From the human T2T-CHM13v2.0 reference genome, Homo sapiens: 64,000 nucleotides of DNA. Location of the stretch: assembly GCF_009914755.1 (NCBI RefSeq), contig NC_060931.1; one strand, 5' to 3'. Under the pieces are notes generated by a model. The model searched no databases, had not been told where the DNA came from, and was given only the letters and a program-made list of their open reading frames with translations. Shown piece by piece: positions 60,354 to 64,000 of the stretch (position 1 is its first letter; each line of letters starts with the position of its first letter). The position numbers were made by a program, and so were the translations under genes.

Positions 60354-62396
60354 GGTAACATTGTCTTTTAAGATAGAAGATACTTCACCCTAGTTATATT
60401 GTAATAGGAAAGAGAAATTGCATATGTAGGGGAGAAAATGATTGATAGACTGAGGTCCCTGAGGAGCTGCAAGGGAACCTTGTAGAGCACTGTTTTTTAC
60501 CTTACTCACACGTACACTCATCAGTGGACTCTCCTATCTGAGGTAATCTCATATTGTTGAACGTGGAGAAATCCTGAAAGAGATATGGGGAAGGAATAAA
60601 TTGAAAATGAGAGTGTTAAGGAAATGGGGAAATACTATGGGAGTTGGCAGCTAGAAACACAAGTTAGGAAAGGAAAGAGTGGGAAATTCAGAGAAAGTGA
60701 AGAATCAGTAAGCAAGAGTTTGACTAAATATTCCGAAGGGATAGGTTATAAGTCCTCCTGGGTGTTCTGATGACTCCAAGGGCTGCTTATTTATTTTGCT
60801 GCAAGGAAAAAGCCACAAGCATGCCTTGATTGTGATGTCCCTCATAACTCACTACCATAGCAGGCAAACCCTCAGGTATTCTAGAGCTTTTTGTTTTGCA
60901 TCAGTAAATATTTGCTGCCATTGTATCATCTTAGTAATGATTTACCATACATCCTATTTGAATTTCATGGAGCAACCCCCTTAAATAACTTTTAATACCA
61001 GAGATAATCCCAGTGGCTAAGTCAATTAGATCTTAAAAATAGAACCTTTGTTAAAAGGTCACTCCGATTTCTCTTCTGGTGTTGGGTTCTGACACTGATA
61101 AATTGTCCCCAGACTCCTCTCTTAACATCTTAGGTTAAGACTGTCTCTACTACATACATACACCAGAAGCACTGAGATTTTTTTTTTCATTTAAAAATAG
61201 ATCCAAAGGCAAACATATTTAAAGTGGATTTCCTACTATGGCGATTTCAAAACCTAACACTGGAGAATGAAGGTGGTAACTGTCGTTTCACATGTGTACT
61301 CAGCAAATGCAATTTCTACTACCATAGTTTTCCTTTTCCTCCACCTAACTCTACTACACTGCTTATTATAAACAGTAGTTGGAAGGGGTAGATTTTATAA
61401 GCATTTGGGATGTGCATTTTCATCCTTGAGTAGAAAATGGACCTCTTAAAAATTTTCATTTACTTTTCTTTCCTTTCCTCTTCCTTCTCCTTTTTTGAGA
61501 AGGAAAAATGAAAAAAAGTATTTGAAAAGAAATTAAGAGGTGGCATGTATACTTAAATTTTTATTTCCCTTAAGTTTCAAATCTGGGATTCAAATAGCGA
61601 CAGACTTAAGAGAAGGGCCTGGCATCACTCCTAGTCCCACGAAATTGTCCTACTGCCTCTTGACAGAGTTAAGGCCATTTGTCTCCTGGTTTTAATCTTA
61701 TTGCTAAATAATAGCTAACGTTTAATGATTACCTAGTAGGTTCCAAGTATCAGGGATAAAAAATGAATAAGCACTGGTTCTTTTCCTAAAAGAACTCACA
61801 CTGTAGTGGTGATGACTGGGGAGTGGCTAGATTAATGCAACAATTTAGGGAAAGTGGAAGTCAGAAGGAGAGAAAATGACAGTGAGCAGTGGATGAAAAA
61901 TTTCTCCCTTTCTCTCATTCAGGTTCATGACAAGTAGCTAGCTAAATCCTCAAATTAATTCACTCTATGACTTCAGAGGGCAAACCATATTCCTTGCTCA
62001 AAAAAAAAAACAAAAAACAAAACTCATTAAGGAAAGAAATTTGTCTATAGCAGTAAAGCTGATGGATGTTCTTAAAATCCAAAGAATCTTTCCTGTTAGG
62101 CCCGCTTGCCATTTCAAAGCTGGAAAAGGATTATATAAAGGTAAATGGGTATGTGTGTGTGTTGGGGAGGCAAGAACAGAGGGAGGAGGGGAAAAACATC
62201 AGGTAGAGAGACAGAGCACTTGTGCAGATAAAGGAGTTTTCTTAATTGTTGTCTTAAAATGATGGCTATGGTTGAGGTAGGAAATAAGCAACACAGAGAA
62301 CATACATGATATAATATGGTATGCATTCGTTGGGGTACATGATGCAAGCTGCTACAACAACCGCTAAATCTCAAGTAATGATTTCTTGCTTCTTCC

Positions 62397-62742
62397 TGTG
62401 TCTTTGTTTCGTGCTGCTATAACAGAACACCAAAGAATGAGTAATATATAATAAACAGAGTTTTATTGGTTTGTAGCCTAGTGGCTGGGAAGTCCCAGAT
62501 CAAGGTGCCAGTATCTTATGTGGGACATCTTGTTCTGTCATCCCATAGTGGAAAGCAGAAGGGCCAACAAAAGTGAGAGCAAGAAAAAGAGAGAGCAGAA
62601 GTGAGTGAGCCTACTCCTGATAACTGGCATTAGTCCACTTATGAGGGCAGAGCCCTCTTAAGGCCCCACCTCCCAATACCATCACAATGGCAATTAAATA
62701 TCAGCATGAGTTTTAGAGGGGACAAACCTTCAAACCATTGCA
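62397..62742 (-). mobile_element. MST-family MaLR solo LTR nested in an older MLT1 LTR
   Basis: GTGCTGCTATAACAGAACACC...GGCTGGGAAGTCCCAGATCAAGGTGCCAG...GCCCCACCTCCCAATACCATCACAATGGCAATTAAA...CAAACCATTGCA. Confidence 0.88.
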
Positions 62743-63082
62743 GCCTGTCACAGACCAAGATAGTCATGGAAAAAAGGGGACTGCTTCATGCAGTCTTTCA
62801 GGAACCCAAGCTCTTCCTGTCTTGCAATGCCACCATCTTCACTATGTGGTCCCAGGGTTAGTGTAAAGGGGGAAGAGAGATGTTAAAGGTTGTGCAGGAG
62901 GTGGGAGGATTCTGGCAGACCTGGAAGTAGTATACACAACCTTCACTTGCATTTCTTTGGATAGAATTCAGACTCATAGCCCAAAATTAATTACAAAAGA
63001 AACTGGGAAATGTAGTCTTTCTGTATGCCCAGAGGGAAAATAAATTGTTTTTTTGATGAACATATGGCATTGTCTGTGACAC
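62743..63082 (-). mobile_element. Old MLT1K/L-like LTR (other part at ~62320-62396)
   Basis: TTCAGGAACCCAAGCTC...ACCTGGAAGTAG...AACTGGGAAATGTAGTCTTTCTGTATGCCCAG...GTCTGTGACA. Confidence 0.65.
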
Positions 63083-64000
63083 ATGGTAGTACTTTCATCA
63101 AGCTAAAATTGACAGTGATAAGGGTCCTACATAACAAACAAGTGAGGTCTTGCCCTTGTTGGAACACTAGCTGCCTTGTTTTTAGCATTACTTAGGAGAG
63201 TTTGAATATTTGTGTCTCTCTGTGGCTTAAATGAAGAACCTTTTTAGGGTTTCAAATTTTCTGTGGAAGCTTCATTTGAAGTACATGGCATAGGTTCGAT
63301 ACTTCTTTCTGTTTTTTAACGTATTCCATGAAATAAAGAAAAAGAAAAACCTGACTTCTTCAAAGTCCTAACCCCTCCACATGAGTAAGGGAAAAAATGG
63401 AGGGGGAATCTGATGTGTGCTCACTTTGAAGAAGATGCTTTCTCCCAGCTCTGACTGTCAGAGTGGACTCAGCTCATTAAGTAGGCCAGGCAGGCGACCC
63501 ATTCTCCTCAGCCATCCGACGGTCCAAACAGGCAACCTTCCCAGTTAGAGGAGCCCTCTTTTTGGATTAAGGTTACATAGATGCTTACATTCCCAGCTAG
63601 AACTTCTAAAAAAGCCCCCATGGCATAGAAACTCGTATTTCAATGTTAGTATTGCTGTAGGAATACCTACATGCCCGTATTTATAAAGGAAAACTAAATC
63701 ACCAAAAAGTTCCAACACTTTATTTATAATATGCATGTTACATATATAGTAAAGCTATTTTATTTTTCCTTAAAGATCTATTTTATTAAGTGCCTACAGA
63801 CAATATATTAAGAAGGAGACTTAAGCTCAAAATGTAAAACCCACAATAAACAACTCAAGTACTGCATTTTTAAATCCTCATATTGCACGGCTAGTTGTCT
63901 CTAAGTTTTAAATGGTAGTTGCTAAAGCATACCATCAAGGATGACTTTTAGCAAAAATAACAGCTGGCTTTGAAATTAATTTGAAAATGAATATAATCTG

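Overview
This is AT-rich, CpG-depleted primate non-coding DNA, most likely human, from a deep intron or an intergenic region. I found no recognisable cellular protein-coding exon, rRNA, tRNA or CRISPR array. The only ORFs with a recognisable product are broken LINE fragments (L1 ORF1/ORF2 and a CR1/L3 C-terminus) and antisense Alu read-throughs. The window is a layered record of transposons: 7 Alus, a near-full-length old primate L1 (~47.4-54.5 kb, target-site duplication [TSD] intact, ~113-bp monomer array in its 5' region), a 5'-truncated L1PA4/5-type element (56.6-60.4 kb, 16-bp TSD), older L1M pieces, ERVL/MaLR solo LTRs (MLT2A with a perfect 5-bp TSD, THE1, MST, MLT1), MIRs, L2s and hAT relics. 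The best second-look items are the L1 5' monomer array, DUX4-type motifs in two LTRs, a compound (TATC)15...(TATC)15 microsatellite born inside an Alu tail, a CR1 relic still legible as protein, several hairpins and palindromes, and a few splice-site-bounded candidate exons. I could not support a new biological system from sequence alone. Subfamily names come from recalled consensus sequences and need RepeatMasker/Dfam confirmation. Boundaries without a TSD are approximate.
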